A program made the translations under genes and the position numbers. Below, piece after piece: positions 48,500 through 63,126 of a DNA stretch of 64,000 nucleotides. Under the pieces are notes generated by a model. That model worked only from the letters and a program-made list of their open reading frames with translations. It did not search any database and was not told where the DNA came from. Position 1 is the first letter of the stretch; every line of letters starts with the position of its first letter. The stretch comes from Octopus sinensis (lineage: Eukaryota), in assembly GCF_006345805.1 (NCBI RefSeq), contig NC_043014.1:34534001-34598000 (forward strand), given 5' to 3'.

Positions 48500-49790
48500 A
48501 AAAACAGCAACATCTTAAGGAATGAGAACAGCAACAAGGATTGCAGTAGCAAATGTTTCACCTAATGAAGTCGGTAACCAAACCAGAGAACACATTTTCA
48601 CCTGACCATGTAGCAAATTCCATATGCGAATTCAAATATGATTCCAAAGAAGGAGTAACCTTCGAGGCTTACTTTTGAAGATTTCAACAAATTTTTGAAA
48701 AAGAATGTCAGGATTGGACAGATGAAATGAAAACACGTTTAGTGTTAAGAAAACTAGTGACAGCAGAGCATGAGAAGTATAGTAACTTCATATTACCAAA
48801 AAAAAGTTCGCAATAAATTTCACTGACTCAGTAGACATTCTCTGCAAAATGTTTAGTGAAAAGAGCTCACTGTTTAATACTAGATGGAAATGTTTAAACA
48901 AAGAAAAAAGCAAAGATGAAAACTTGACTACTTACACAGGCAGAGTCAACAAAGAATGAGAGAGATTTAGGCTGGATATGCTTACTCTAGATTCTTTCAA
49001 GTGTTTGATTTTTTTGCACAAGGATTGTCAGATAGAAGGGATGCAGAAGTCCGAACGGATATGCTATCAAAACTGGAAATGAACCAGGATTTGAAATTGC
49101 AGAAACTGTCGGAAGAGTGTGACAGGATATTAAAATTAAGGCATGACACGGAAGAAATTCAATGGAAACAGTGTTTCCACGTAAGACCAGTGCAAAAAAG
49201 TTGGAAGACAAATAAGGTGTTGCGGGAAAAACAGAAAAAATATCAGGATGTCGACCCATGTATGGCATGTACCTGAAAAAAGATTGTCTATATAAAAAAA
49301 AAGCAAAGTTTTTTGCTGAGGATTTACAGGACATATAAAATCACACAGCAAAACTAGAAAAAGAAAATGGAACAAACAAGAAAAAATAAATAGTTTATCA
49401 GTAGAAAAAGTTGTGACTACAACAAACAGAAAATTTGCGAATGTGAAAATATAGTATCAAAATGCAATTAGACATGAGAAGTGATATCACAATCATAAAT
49501 AAGAAAACATGGCAATAAAATAGCGAACAGTGTTATGGGAAGAAAATTATATTTCACGGGTGAATGTGTTTGTAATATAAAGCTCAAAGGTTGAACTAAA
49601 ATGGTGAATGTTTATGTGCTGAAAATATCCATGAATTTATTTGTCATCAAATGTATGGAGAAATTTAATTCATGGGATACACTCATAAGTGCTTTGTGCA
49701 ACAGTGTAAATGGAGCAGTCAAACAATCAAACGAGGTTGATGAATTAAAAAAAAAAAAAAAGTGATGTGGAACAGTGCATGAACTACCAG
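48500..49790 (+). mobile_element. Gypsy (Mag-like) LTR retrotransposon gag-protease relic
   Basis: VTFEAYF*RFQQIFEKEC..KTRLVLRKL..EHEKYSNFILPK..SLFNTRWKCL..FKCLIF.QGLSDRRDAEVR..LSKLE, a degenerate zinc knuckle and a protease MQLD.RSDITII; many stops and frameshifts. Confidence 0.8.
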
Positions 49791-49834
49791 TAACTTTGGA
49801 AGAAATAGAAAGAAATGTGAGAAATAACAAATTT

Positions 49835-50200
49835 ACAACAAGGACGAAAGGTAAAGCTGACCTTGACGAATTTTGAACTCAGAAAGTAAAGATGGTTGAA
49901 ATGCTGATAAGCATTTTGCCTGGCGTGCTAATGATTCTGCCAGCTTGCCACCTTAATAATGATACTAATAATAATAACAAACCTTTCTACTATAGGCACA
50001 ACGTCGGAAATTTTGTGGTAAGGGGCACAAGTCAATTACATCAACCCCCAGTACTTGACTGGTACTTATTTTATTGACCCTCAAAGGATGAAAGGTAAAA
50101 TTGACCTCAGCAAGATTTGAACTCAGAACATAGAGCAGGATGAAATATCACTAAGCATTTTGTCTGATGTACTGACAGTTCTGCCAGCTACCACTTTAGC
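49835..50200 (-). mobile_element. Tandem SINE A2 copies
   Basis: Two GGATGAAAGG..TTTGAACTCAGAA..AAGCATTTTG..GCCAGC units separated by an AAT-rich spacer. Confidence 0.7.
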
Positions 50201-50671
50201 TTGCCACCTTGATAATGATAATATGGGCCACAGCAAATATTCTGCTCAACACCACAGTTGTTTGATCTTAACCAGTTGAGCATGTTCCTTAGTGGCTGAT
50301 GATAAGTGTATCTCTGATCACAAGCAGTAGTGGGGAAGAATCATAGCCATGTATTGAGAGGGATTCTTTGGAGTTTGAATAATTCACCCCTGAAAACATG
50401 GGTATTTCAATCATTATCCTTAAACAGCCCTTATTTAGAGATCCTTGAGCAAGATGGGCTACTTGACCTGAGAAAATTCTAACTGGGCCCCACCTACAAG
50501 GCCCTTGATATGAGGTCAACATATAATGCACAAATGGTTGTAATGTGTGTGCCTAGTGTACTCTTTATCAGAAAGATAAATGTGATAGGTATATTGGGCA
50601 TTGAATATTTGTACCTCTGCATCCCTTAGATGGCATGTGCTGCTCTCACTCAATAACAATAACAACAATAA

Positions 50672-51008
50672 TAATGGTTTCAAATTTTAGCACAAGGTCA
50701 GCAATTTCAGCAGAGGTGCTCAACTGGTAGTTATTTTATCAACCGCAAAAGGTTGAAAGGCAAAGTCGACTTTGGTGGAATAATAATGATAATAATCCTT
50801 TCAACTGTAGGCAGAAGGTCTGAAATTTTGTGGGAATGGTTAAGTTGATTACATTGACCCAATACTCAAATGGTACTTATTTTATCCGTACCGAAAGAAT
50901 GAAAGGCAAAGTCGACCTCGGCAGCATTAAAACTCAGAATGTGAAGATGAATGAAATACTACTAAGCATTTTGCCTAGCGCGCTAATGATTCTGTTGGTT
51001 TGCCGCCT
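50672..51008 (-). mobile_element. Tandem SINE A2 copies (partial + full)
   Basis: As above. Confidence 0.7.
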
Positions 51009-51517
51009 AATAATCATGGAGCACATAGGGACACAAAAGAACATGGGGAAGAACAGGAAAAACATAGATATGGACATGTTCAATTGCTCATCAGTTATTA
51101 ACCAAATTTCATCACAATTCTGACAACTACAATAATATTGTTTGATTTGGTGGTGTCAGCAACATAAGCTGCTGGGATATAAATGAACAGACATGAAAGA
51201 TGAACACAAACAGAAAAAAATGGGACTAGTACAATAACAAAGTTTCTAGACTGACTGGTAAATAATGATGAATTATGGGGAGAAAGGGAACAAAGGACCA
51301 AGATACCTGGTGCTTAGCTGTACACAGGAAGACCCGTTCACAAACAGCCTAAGTGTTAAGGCCACATCCCCTGGTGAAGTGAATTGGCCTGCAAGAGTCC
51401 TGTAGTAGTCCCATGTAAAAAACACTTGTGCTGGTGCCATGTGCAGGTGCTTGTGCCATTGGCACATTAAAAGCATCCAGCACACACTGTAAAGTGGTTG
51501 GCATTAGGATGTCTAAG

Positions 51518-51750
51518 GCAGTGAGCTGGCAGAAACGTTAGCGCGCTGGGCAAAATGCTTAGCGGTATTTCATCTGCCGCTATGTTCTGAGTTCAAATTC
51601 TGCCAAGGTCGATTTTGCCTTTCATCCTTTTGGGGTTGATTAAATAAGTACCAGTTATGCACTGGGGTCAATATAATCGACATAATCCATTTGTCTGTCC
51701 TTGTTTGTCCCCTCTGTGTGTAGCTCCTTGTGGACAGTAAAGAAATAAGA
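51518..51750 (+). mobile_element. SINE A1 inserted into a family C copy (about 51400-51875)
   Basis: Family C sequence stops at GGCATTAGGA and resumes after the A1 tail with CCATAGAACCAAACC..GATGATGA. Confidence 0.7.
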
Positions 51751-52783
51751 GTGTCTGTCCATAGAACCAAACCAAATCAGAATGGAACCCGGTGTTGTTC
51801 TTCAGTTTGCCAGCTCCAGTCAAACTGTCCAACCTATGCCAGCATGGAAAAGAGATGTTAAAGACTGATGATGAAAAGAAACAAAAAGGCAATAACAGTA
51901 ATGGAAAAATTAATAAATAACTCAGAGAGACAATCATATACAAAGACTATCTTGCAACCATGTAACAAAAGTAAGATGTGCTTGTGTGAAGTAATGCTAA
52001 TAGGAAAGATGATGGTCCTTTTACACTTAGAAAATTATATAAATGATAATTCAAAAAATGGAATAAGCAGAATAAGAGGAAACATGTGGAGTAGAGAGTC
52101 ACTGAAGAGGACCAAGAATGTGTGACATAAGAACTTTTACAAAGAATCTAAAGTAATAAAAATAAAGCTGAGGTGAAGACCAAATATAGAGTGCATGTGT
52201 TTAATTTGCAAGATATGACCATTTCCAAGTATAACAATAATTTTAAAATATTTCTTAAAAGTAGCACATACCAGGAACTGAAATTAAATTAAATTTCTTA
52301 GACAAATCAGGAGCTAGAAAAAGAGCATTGACTACAAGAATGGCCAGTGCAAAAGGATGGGTGGTTTGAAGTAGGAGTGGAGAGAACGAAATGGCACTAG
52401 TGCTGAAAGCGGAAGAGGAGTGGCCGTACGTGTAGATAGGGATAGAATTATAGAAAGGAAAACTAAATAGGGAAAAAGACAGGAAACAAGAAAGAAGGAT
52501 ATGCAGATAGAGAAAAAGAGAGATAATTAAGTGAAAATGGTAGACAGAGAGAGAGAGAAAGAAAGAAGAGAGAGAGAGCAATAGCAAGCTAAGTATAAGG
52601 AAGAAAAGATAGATTTCTTTACTGGCCATGCAGGGCTGAACACAGAAGGGACGAAATACAAAGTAGAGCTTTTCTTTTTGGGAAGAAGAGAAGGAAAAAA
52701 AAGGGGAGGTCAAATTCTGATCAAAAGGGATCATCGTGAAAAGGGGGGAAAAAAAAAGATAGATTGATAAGTATATACATAAT

Positions 52784-53225
52784 ATACAGGGAGGGCCAAA
52801 AGTCATGAAAAGGTATGAAATTTTGATAAACTTTTTAATGATTTTTTTTTTTTATTAAGATGTGATTTTTCCCACCTAGCTTGCAACTATTTCCAATTAT
52901 ATATATATATATATATGTTTTTGTAAATTTAAAACAAAAAATAAAGAACTTATTAAATATTGTTTTCAAATTTTGGCACAAGACCAGCAATTTTGAGGGA
53001 AGGGGTAAGTTGATTGCATTGACTTCAGTGTTTATCTGGTACTTATTTTACTGACCCTGAAAGGATTAAAGGCAAAGTTGACCTTGGCAAAATTTGAACT
53101 CAGAACACAAAGATGAATAAAATGCTGCTAAGCATTTTGCTCATCATGCTAATGGTTCTACCAGCTTGCTGCCTTGAGCTTATTAAATATTGAAACACCT
53201 TTGTGACTTTTGGCAAACTCTGAAT
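52784..53225. mobile_element. Tc1-like MITE with a nested SINE A2 (about 52955-53178, -)
   Basis: TACAGGGAGGGCCAAAAGTCATGAAAAGGT / ACCTTTGTGACTTTTGGCAAACTCTGAATA imperfect TIRs. Confidence 0.55.
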
Positions 53226-53254
53226 ATGTATGTCTGTATATATATATATATATA

Positions 53255-53530
53255 TATAAATTAGAAAAAATCACCTTTATCAATTCAAAATGAAAATTAA
53301 ATTACACCCATCTAGAGAAATTACATATAATAGAAATATTAAATATAGATAAAAATAATATACCAATGATTAAGTAATATTTCTAATATATGTAATTAAT
53401 TTTTTATTTGAATTGATAAAAGGTGGGTTTTTTTCTAATTTTATATATATATTATATTTTTGAAATTTGATTTAGTATCTCTAAATGAATTTTTTTCTGG
53501 AAGTTAGGAAAATATTCTCTCAAATATTAT
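53255..53530. mobile_element. Inverted-repeat-plus-tail element in (TA)n
   Basis: TATAAATTAGAAAAAATCACCTTTATCAATTCAAA ... TTTGAATTGATAAAAGGTGGGTTTTTTTCTAATTTTATA, then about 80 bp of tail. Confidence 0.6.
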
Positions 53531-53533
53531 TAC

Positions 53534-53580
<47 letters not shown>

Positions 53581-53599
53581 ATGCATATGCCCCACACCA

Positions 53600-53818
53600 T
53601 GCATAAAATATATATATATATTATAGTATATATATAGATGTATAGCTATGTATAATAAATATGTATATATATATAGTATAGATATATATATGTATATATA
53701 TCTATGTATATATAGATATGTATGATATATATAGGTATAATATATATAAGGATATATATATATGTTATATAAATATATTATGTATATATAAATATATATA
53801 TATATGTATATATATATG

Positions 53819-53852
<34 letters not shown>

Positions 53853-53880
53853 ATAATATATATGTATATATATATATATG

Positions 53881-53911
<31 letters not shown>

Positions 53912-54507
53912 GGATATATATAGATATATAATATGTATATATTAGATATGTATAGATAATATATAGTATATATATATAGATTGAATATATATATGTATAT
54001 ATATATATAGTTATATTATATATATATATATATATGTAATATATATATATATGTATATATTAATATGGATATATATATATATGTATATAGATATATATAT
54101 GTATATAGTATATAGTATTATATATATATGTATAATATATATACATATATATATTACATATATATATACATATATATATGTATATACATATGTATATAAT
54201 ATATGTAGCTAGAGATATATAGAGATATATATATAGATGATAATATAATACATTATATATATACAGTAATATATAGGTAGCATCATAGTTATCTTAATAT
54301 ATGTATATATATTATTATCATAGGATTGATATAATATATGTATATATATAGATATATATACCATATATATATATACATATAATGTATATATATATGTATA
54401 TATATATCTATGTATAATATATATATATAGTACATATAATTATATATACATTATATAATATGTATATAATAGTATAATATATATGTATAGATATTGTATT
54501 ATAGATA

Positions 54508-54542
<35 letters not shown>

Positions 54543-55050
54543 ATATATATGTATAATATACATATATATATATACAGATATATATATGTATTACATATGT
54601 ATATAGGATATGTATATATATATCTATATGTATATATAATATAGATGTATATATATATAATATGTATTATAATATATATAGATATTAAAATATATATATA
54701 TATATATATAGATATATATGTATATATATTTATATAATGTATATATATATATATATGATATATAGAATATATGTATATATGATATATAATGTATATATAT
54801 AGATATATGTGATAGATATATATATATATATAGATATTATTATATAGATATGTAATTATATAGAGGTATATATATATATAATGTATATAATAGATAGAGT
54901 ATAGAGATATAATTATAGTATATAGAATTATGTATATATATATATATATATGGATAGATTATATATGTGATATTATATATATAGATGTATATGAATATAT
55001 ATGTTATATATTAGAATGTATATATATATATATGTATATATATATATAGG

Positions 55051-55099
<49 letters not shown>

Positions 55100-55287
55100 G
55101 ATATAGATATATATGTATATATATAGTATATATATATTGTATATATAAGATATGTATATAGATATAGATAATATATATATATAGATATATATATATGTAT
55201 GATATATATATATAGAGATATTATATGTATATATATATATATAGTATATATATATAGATATATATATGGATATATATATATATTAGG

Positions 55288-55324
<37 letters not shown>

Positions 55325-55697
55325 GTAGTATATATAGTATATATTATATATTATATATATATATGTATATTATATTATCTATATATATATGTATATATAT
55401 AATATATAGATATATATATATATATATATATATATAATCTAGAGTATATATTATATATATACTATAGTATATATATATAGTATATATATTAATATATATA
55501 ATATGATATATATATATATATATATATAATATATATATATGTATAATATATATGTATTATATATATATATATGTATATTATATATATATATTATATATAT
55601 ATATAGTATTATAGGTATATATCTATAATATATATGTATATATATATCTATATATATATATAATATATATATTATATATATAGATATATATTAATAT

Positions 55698-55740
<43 letters not shown>

Positions 55741-55864
55741 GTATATATATATTATATATATATATATATATATGTATATTATGTATATTATATATATCTG
55801 TATATGATATGTATATTATATATAATATATATATATGTATATATATTATATATATATATATATA

Positions 55865-55921
<57 letters not shown>

Positions 55922-56013
55922 ATTATATATATATATATAGGTATATATATATATATATGGATATATATATATATATGTATAATGTCTATATATGTATATA
56001 TATATATCTATAT

Positions 56014-56046
<33 letters not shown>

Positions 56047-56155
56047 TAATGTATATAATATATATATGTATATATATATACATATAATAATATATGTATA
56101 TCATAAATATATAATATATAATATATATAATTATGTTATATATACAAGATACTTC

Positions 56156-56186
<31 letters not shown>

Positions 56187-56271
56187 CAAGATATATATAT
56201 ATACATATATATACATATATATATATATATATCTAGATGTATATTATATATATGTATATAATATAGATATG

Positions 56272-56315
<44 letters not shown>

Positions 56316-56546
56316 GTATATATATATATGTATATATATATATATGTATATATAATGTATAATATATATATGTATATATATATGTATATATATATATATG
56401 TAATATATTGTATATATATATATATGTATATTATATGTATAATATATATATGTAATATATATGTATATATATATATACTATATAGTAATTATATATATAT
56501 ATATAGATATTGTAACTATATATATGTATTATATATATATGTATAT

Positions 56547-56578
<32 letters not shown>

Positions 56579-56625
56579 GTATATTATATATATATATATA
56601 ATATATATGTATATGTATTATTATA

Positions 56626-56715
<90 letters not shown>

Positions 56716-57012
56716 ATATAGATTATATTATATATGTATATATATTCTATTATATATATAGATATATATATATATATATATAATATATATATATATTATG
56801 TATTATATATATGATTATGTATATATATAATATATGTATATATTATGTATAATATATGTATATATATATATATGTATTATATATATGTATATTATATATA
56901 TTTATATATTATATATATAATATATATATATATATTATATAGTATATCTAATGTAATAAATTATGTATATATATATATATGTATATATATATGTATATAT
57001 TATATATATATG

Positions 57013-57084
<72 letters not shown>

Positions 57085-57127
57085 ATGGTATATATATATA
57101 TATATATATATAGATATATGTATATAG

Positions 57128-57187
<60 letters not shown>

Positions 57188-57204
57188 TATATATATATGT
57201 ATAT

Positions 57205-57247
<43 letters not shown>

Positions 57248-57689
57248 GTATATATATATATAGTATATATATATATGATATATATATATATGTATATATA
57301 TATATATGGTATATATATATATATATATTATATATTATATAATATGTATATATAATGTATATATATATATATATAATATGTATATTATAATATATATATA
57401 TATGTATATATATATGTATATATATATATATATATAATTATATATATATATATGTATATCTATATATATATGTATATATATATATATATGTATATATATA
57501 TTAGGTATATATATATATAGTATATTATATAGATATATAGTATATATATAGATGTATATATATATAGTATATATATATAGTATATATGGTATATATATAT
57601 GTATGTATATATATATATGTATGTATATATATATATATGTATGTATATATATATATATATATATATGTATGTCTATATATTATGTGATG

Positions 57690-57722
<33 letters not shown>

Positions 57723-57953
57723 GTATGTATATATATATATAATATATATATATGTATATATATATATGTATATATATATATATGTATATATATATATGTA
57801 TATATAGATAATATATATATATGTATATATAATATGTAATATATATATGTATATATATATATGTATTATATATATATAGTATATATATATGTATATATAT
57901 ATATGTATATATATATATGTATATATGTATATATATATTATATATATATTATA

Positions 57954-57985
<32 letters not shown>

Positions 57986-57995
57986 GTATGTATGC
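53600..57995. repeat. Degenerate (TA)n/(TATG)n/(TAGA)n megasatellite-like tract, about 4.4 kb
   Basis: Direct inspection; essentially no unique sequence. Confidence 0.9.
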
Positions 57996-58932
57996 ATATG
58001 CCCCCGCATCCATACATACACAGATACAATATCTGAGAAGGTATAGATGTAAAAAAAAAGGAAAAGAAAATGAATTCCACTGAGTTACAAGTGCTCCCTT
58101 GTGCATTCTTACCATCAGAGACATAGTGAATCAGTAAATGGTATGTTTGGCAATAGAAAGTCCATGAGTACTGCTCCCTTTGACTAAAACTGAAAATTAA
58201 TCTGAACACATCTGCTACCACTCTATGTCAAAATGACATATCCTCCTCACTAGGAACTGATTCTGTGATAGTTTTTGTCGCGATACATTTGTTTGCTTCT
58301 CTACTCGGATAAAAGACATTTAGCTGCTACACACGTGGCTTATTGGTTGGCTGACCTAAACTTAATATGATATAAGAGCAATGACCTTAATATACTCATT
58401 GTAATACCTTAACAACCAACTCATCAAATATCATAAGTGTCAAGCCAACAAGGGAGCGTATATGTGGTTGCTCAACCTGTTAGAAACAGCAGCCAAATCT
58501 CCTTCATATTACACAGGAGCATCATGAAAAGAAAAAAGAGGAAACTTTGGACAATGTTGTCCTGGATACACAAAAAGACAGGATGGCCACATCTAGAACG
58601 TCTCTGATCAGTGGTCTACATCAGTGCTTATCTAAGACTAAACTACAACAAGGATCATTAAAGTATTCTGTTACATGTTTTCTTTAAGCTGGTTTCATAG
58701 AATTGATCTTTTTTGATGATCAAATCTTACATGTAAGAAATATGTTAACACTTATGGTAATGGCTATATTGCTAACTTGATTTCTGCTCTTTATGAACTG
58801 GCTGAGTTTGTGTCACCCCTACTCAGAAATTCCTGACCCTCTCATCTTTCATCATCTCTTTATCTATAATGTGTCCACTTCACCACAATGTGTCACACTA
58901 ATCACTACATCCAGTCATTCCTTTCCAGAACA

Positions 58933-59226
58933 TTGACTTGACTTGACTTGACAGCATTCACCCAGGGTGGGTTGAGCTGGCTTCATTCATCCTCAATGCT
59001 GCATCTCTCACAAACGCCGACCAGGCCTGGCAATTTGAGGCTAACGACCGCGTGATCTCCAACCACTCCTTATTCCAGCGGCGAACGTCGTAGATATAGG
59101 GGCCAAGGTTGGGTTCCAGATCAGCCTTGACTGATTCCAGTCAGAACATTGCCACCACCCTTGGAATTCCCTCCTCCATTCAGGTTTTTCTTGTAGGTGT
59201 TGATTTGCAAACGGTCAAGAGAAGCA
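58933..59226 (-). mobile_element. RTE-clade LINE 3' end with (CAAGT)n tail
   Basis: Minus: LESVKADLEPNLGPYIYDVRRWNKEWLEITRSLASNCQAWSAFVRDAALRMNEASSTHPG*, followed by GTCAAGTCAAGTCAAGTCAA. Confidence 0.7.
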
Positions 59227-60081
59227 TTAATTCAGTTTCATCAGACTAGAAGGGCTCACAAAGGATATAGGCACTGCTCCTTCAAGTGAAGTGGATAAAT
59301 GAACAAACAACCTAGTTACCTAAGCATTCATCCATAATTCAGTCTATTGTAGAATGGTGGGGTTAGAATAGACCCTTGCTGTTAGTTCTTCTGGCATAAC
59401 TCAAACACACTGAACAACTTGAACTGTTCGCTCTGAGCTGACAAAACACATTTTATGTTTTATAGTTTAGACTGTTTACAACTCTGAAATAGTCTAGCCA
59501 GAGTCAATGAGTGTTAAATCTAAACACCCAACCAAAAGAAGGCAATTCAACGATTAGCAAAGATTCAATTATCAAGATGCTGCCAATCACTGGTTCACAG
59601 ATGATTTCTATTTTATATACTGCTACTAAAAGATCCTCCGCTTAACTAGATACATACCTTTTCTACTCACCTCTTCTTTTCCTATCCCCTTTACTGTCGC
59701 TCATCATCTGGTCACTACACTACAAAATTCACTTTATTCTTCCCTCATAAAACTACACCACACTGGAATTCCCTCCTCGCCTATGTTATTTCAACAGACA
59801 CTGACCTAAAAACTGAACACCAGTTTCATCACTCTTGCTAGTCAGAGAGAACCCATAAAGGTAAAAAATCATGGCCATTGGCTCTCTTCCTCTGACTAAC
59901 ATATAACAACCCCAAGTCACTGAAGACCTAAAAAAGGTCAAAGGTTATGACCATTTATTCTCTTACACTAACATTAAGTACATTACTTTAACTAATCAGG
60001 GAAGGCCTGAAAAAGTCATGAGCCTTATTCCTACTCGCCAAGCTTATATAATATATATATATACATATATATTATGAGTTC

Positions 60082-60482
60082 TTTCTTTTATTTGTTTCAG
60101 TCATTTGACTGCAGTCATGCTGGAGCACCGCCTTTAGTCAAGCAAATCGACCCCAGGACTTATTCTTTGTAAGCCTAGTATTTATTCTATTGGTCTCTCT
60201 TGCCAAACCGCTAAGTGACGAGAACCTAAACACACCAGCATCGGTTGTCAAGCGATTTGGGGGGGGGGACACAAACATATACATACACACACACACACAA
60301 ACACACACATATATATATATATATATATACGACGTGCTTCTTTCAGTTTCCGTCTACCAAATTCACTCACAAGACTTTAGTTGGCCCAAGGCTATGGTAG
60401 AAGACACTTGCCCAAGGTGCCACACAGTGGGACTGAACCCGGAACCATGTGGTTGGTAAGCAAGCTACTTACCACACAGCCA
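60082..60482 (-). mobile_element. SINE family B, full length
   Basis: Same consensus as the other B copies. Confidence 0.9.
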
Positions 60483-60751
60483 CATGGACCTAGTAGTTTA
60501 CCGGTAAAGCACATTCACTTTCTCAATGTTCATTGGCTATTTGATTAATGTGAAAGACAGAAGATACGAGAATGTTTATTGATCACTACACTTGTTTCAA
60601 CTCATCAAGTATTGATTCCTCATAGGTGGGATACTGAACATCTGGTTTAGCCTCAGAAGGAAAATTCTCATGTCTTTCATCTCTCTCATTAATCAAATAT
60701 ATATATATATTTGATTAATGAGAGAGATGAAGGACATGAGAATTGTAAGTA

Positions 60752-61020
60752 CAGAAGTGGCTGTGTGGTAAGTAGCTTGCTAACCAACCACATGGTTCTG
60801 GTGGCACCTTGGGCAAGTGTCTTCTACTATAGCCTTGGGCCAACCAAAGCCTTGTGAGTGGATTTGGTAGGCAGAAACTGAAAGAAGCCTATCATGTATA
60901 TATAAATGTGTGTGTGAGTGTCTGCCCCACTAACGTTGCTTGACAAACGATGCTGGGGTTGATTTGCTTGACTAAAGGCAGTGCTCCAGCATGGCCACAG
61001 TTAAATGGCTAAAAGAATAA
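60752..61020 (+). mobile_element. SINE family B with internal deletions
   Basis: GAAGTGGCTGTGTGGTAAG..GGCACCTTGGGCAAG..GCTCCAGCATGGCCACAG. Confidence 0.8.
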
Positions 61021-61755
61021 AAGCATATAGATCATTCTCATTTACAACAACTGCATGATGTCTAGACAAGGGTACACACATGCACATACATATATGAATA
61101 CATAATGGGCTTCTTTCATTTCCTACCTACCAAATTCATCCACAAGACTTTAGTAAGCCTGATGCTATAGTAAAAATTTGCCTTAAGATGCCAGGTGCCT
61201 TGCAGGAGGACTGAACTCAAGACCACATGGTTGCAAAGCAAGAAAGCAAGCTTCTTAATCCCAGAGCTGCAAACACACACACACACACAGACACATATAT
61301 ACATACACACACACTCATACATACACATCTAATGGGCTTTCATGAATAACAAGTGGCAGGACGACAGGGTACAAACCCAACCAACTCATTCATCTATGAC
61401 CCTTCAAAATCTAAGCCTTATTATTATATAAGGCACCTTGAAAAATTATGATTATATGTTGTATCCATCTCAGATTAGTGTATATTATTAAGACTAAATA
61501 ATCTACAGTGCCAACATCATGTGCTAGCTATGTGTATATAGTTAGAAAGATTTGAAAAATGTCTTGCTTTGTACATCAGTTTTCACTGAGGCTACTGTTG
61601 TTGCTTAGCTTTCTTGTTGGCCCTAAATGAAGACACCTATAATTAAAAGCATTCCAGCTATAACCATCCTGTCTTTGTATATCTAGAACTAAATTACACA
61701 ATGTGTCCTTCCTTTTTTGAGATGGTAGGTTAAGATTTGATAAAGATTTGATAAA

Positions 61756-61986
61756 GGCGGCGAGCTGGCAGAATCGTTAGCACACTGGGCGAAATGCTTA
61801 GCAGTATTTCGTCTGCTGCTACGTTCTGAGTTCAAATTCCGCCGAGGTTGACTTTGCCTTTCATTCTTTCGGGGTCGATTAAATAAGTACCAGTTATGTA
61901 CTGGGGTCGATATAATCAACTTAATCCGTTTGTCTGTCCTTGTTTGTCCCCTCTGTGTTTAGCCCCTTGTGGGTAGTAAAGAAATA
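61756..61986 (+). mobile_element. SINE family A1 with a 17-bp target-site duplication
   Basis: GGTAGGTTAAGATTTGA at 61724-61740 and 61987-62003; an extra 15 nt (TAAAGATTTGATAAA) at the 5' junction. Confidence 0.9.
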
Positions 61987-62129
61987 GGTAGGTTAAGATT
62001 TGAGGGTATCATTATCATTTAATGTCCACTTTCCCATTGGGTGTGTGGGTATTTTGAAAATTCCACATGGAGCAACAACTGCATCCTGCATGGTTATGGG
62101 TTGCACTTTGGCAAGGCATATAACCTTTT

Positions 62130-62450
62130 GGATCTTTTTCTTTTGAACGGCAGTTTTCAACACAATTTCTAGTTAACTAAACACTTTAAAACTTCGTATA
62201 CTGGTAGAATGTGTAAAAATAAAACATTTTTTTCTCTTGGCGCAGCAAATGATTTTAGCTCAATAGAGGCGATAGGATTGGTTAAAATTCGAAAAATAAA
62301 ACTACATTAAACAAACAAATTACAATTTTCCCAAGAAAGCCAAGACAAAAAAATATTTTATTTTGACACATTCTACCAGTATACGAAGTTTTAAAGTGTT
62401 TAGTTAACTAGAAATTGCGTTGAAAACTGCTTTTCAAAAGGAAAAGATCC
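62130..62450. mobile_element. MITE with about 100-bp TIRs (same family as 28050-28452)
   Basis: GGATCTTTTTCTTTTGAACGGCAGTTTTCAAC..ACTTCGTATACTGGTAGAATGTG and its reverse complement at the right end. Confidence 0.85.
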
Positions 62451-62701
62451 AACCCTTTCAGCTACTTCACCAGTGCTATGTCAAAATCATGGTGGATTGT
62501 GAAGAGGTAGTGGAAAAAGCTCAAAGGTGGTTTTTTTTATATCGATGCTGAGTGGAGGAATCCTAGAAGGCCAACGGTCAAGATCACCAAGTTCTATCAG
62601 GAGAGGAAACAAAGGGCACCACTTAAATGATGGTGACATTTGTTTACAACTATCACATGATGTCAAGGCAAGGAGACAGTAATAAACACATATACAAATA
62701 A

Positions 62702-62771
<70 letters not shown>

Positions 62772-62807
62772 GAAATAAAAATCAAATGGAAATTGTAGTT
62801 GTGATAG

Positions 62808-63126
62808 CCATGTCGGTGGCACGTAAAAAGCACCATCCGAACGTGGCCGATGCTAGTGCCACCTGACTGGTGTTCATGTCGGTGACACATAAAAAGCACC
62901 AATCGATTGTGGCTGTTTGCCAGCCTCCTCATGCTCCTGTGCCAGTGGCACGTAAAATGCACCCACTACACTCACAGAGTGGTTGGCATTAGGAAGGGCA
63001 TCCAGCTGTAGAAACACTGCCAGATCAAACTGGAGCCTGGTGCAGCCTCCTGGCTTCACAGACCCTGGTCGAACCATCCAACCCATACTAGCATGGAAAA
63101 CAGACGTTAAACGATGATGATGATGA
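62808..63126 (+). mobile_element. Family C copy
   Basis: CGGTGGCACGTAAAAAGCACC (repeated module)..GGAAGGGCATCCAGC..GTTAAACGATGATGATGAT. Confidence 0.85.

Noticed and set aside
48505-48535. CTTAAGGAATGAGAAC resembling the linker of the hammerhead SINE
   Set aside because: Only a short match inside the gypsy gag relic; no head or ribozyme nearby.
53718-58221. Many YI/IY-rich ORFs
   Set aside because: Translations of (TA)n. The same applies to 15187-15756, 16498-17269 and 42574-43415.
58960-59120. CpG-rich patch as a possible promoter of the OSGIN-like gene
   Set aside because: It translates as an RTE ORF2 C-terminus with a (CAAGT)n tail, so it is a young TE fragment.
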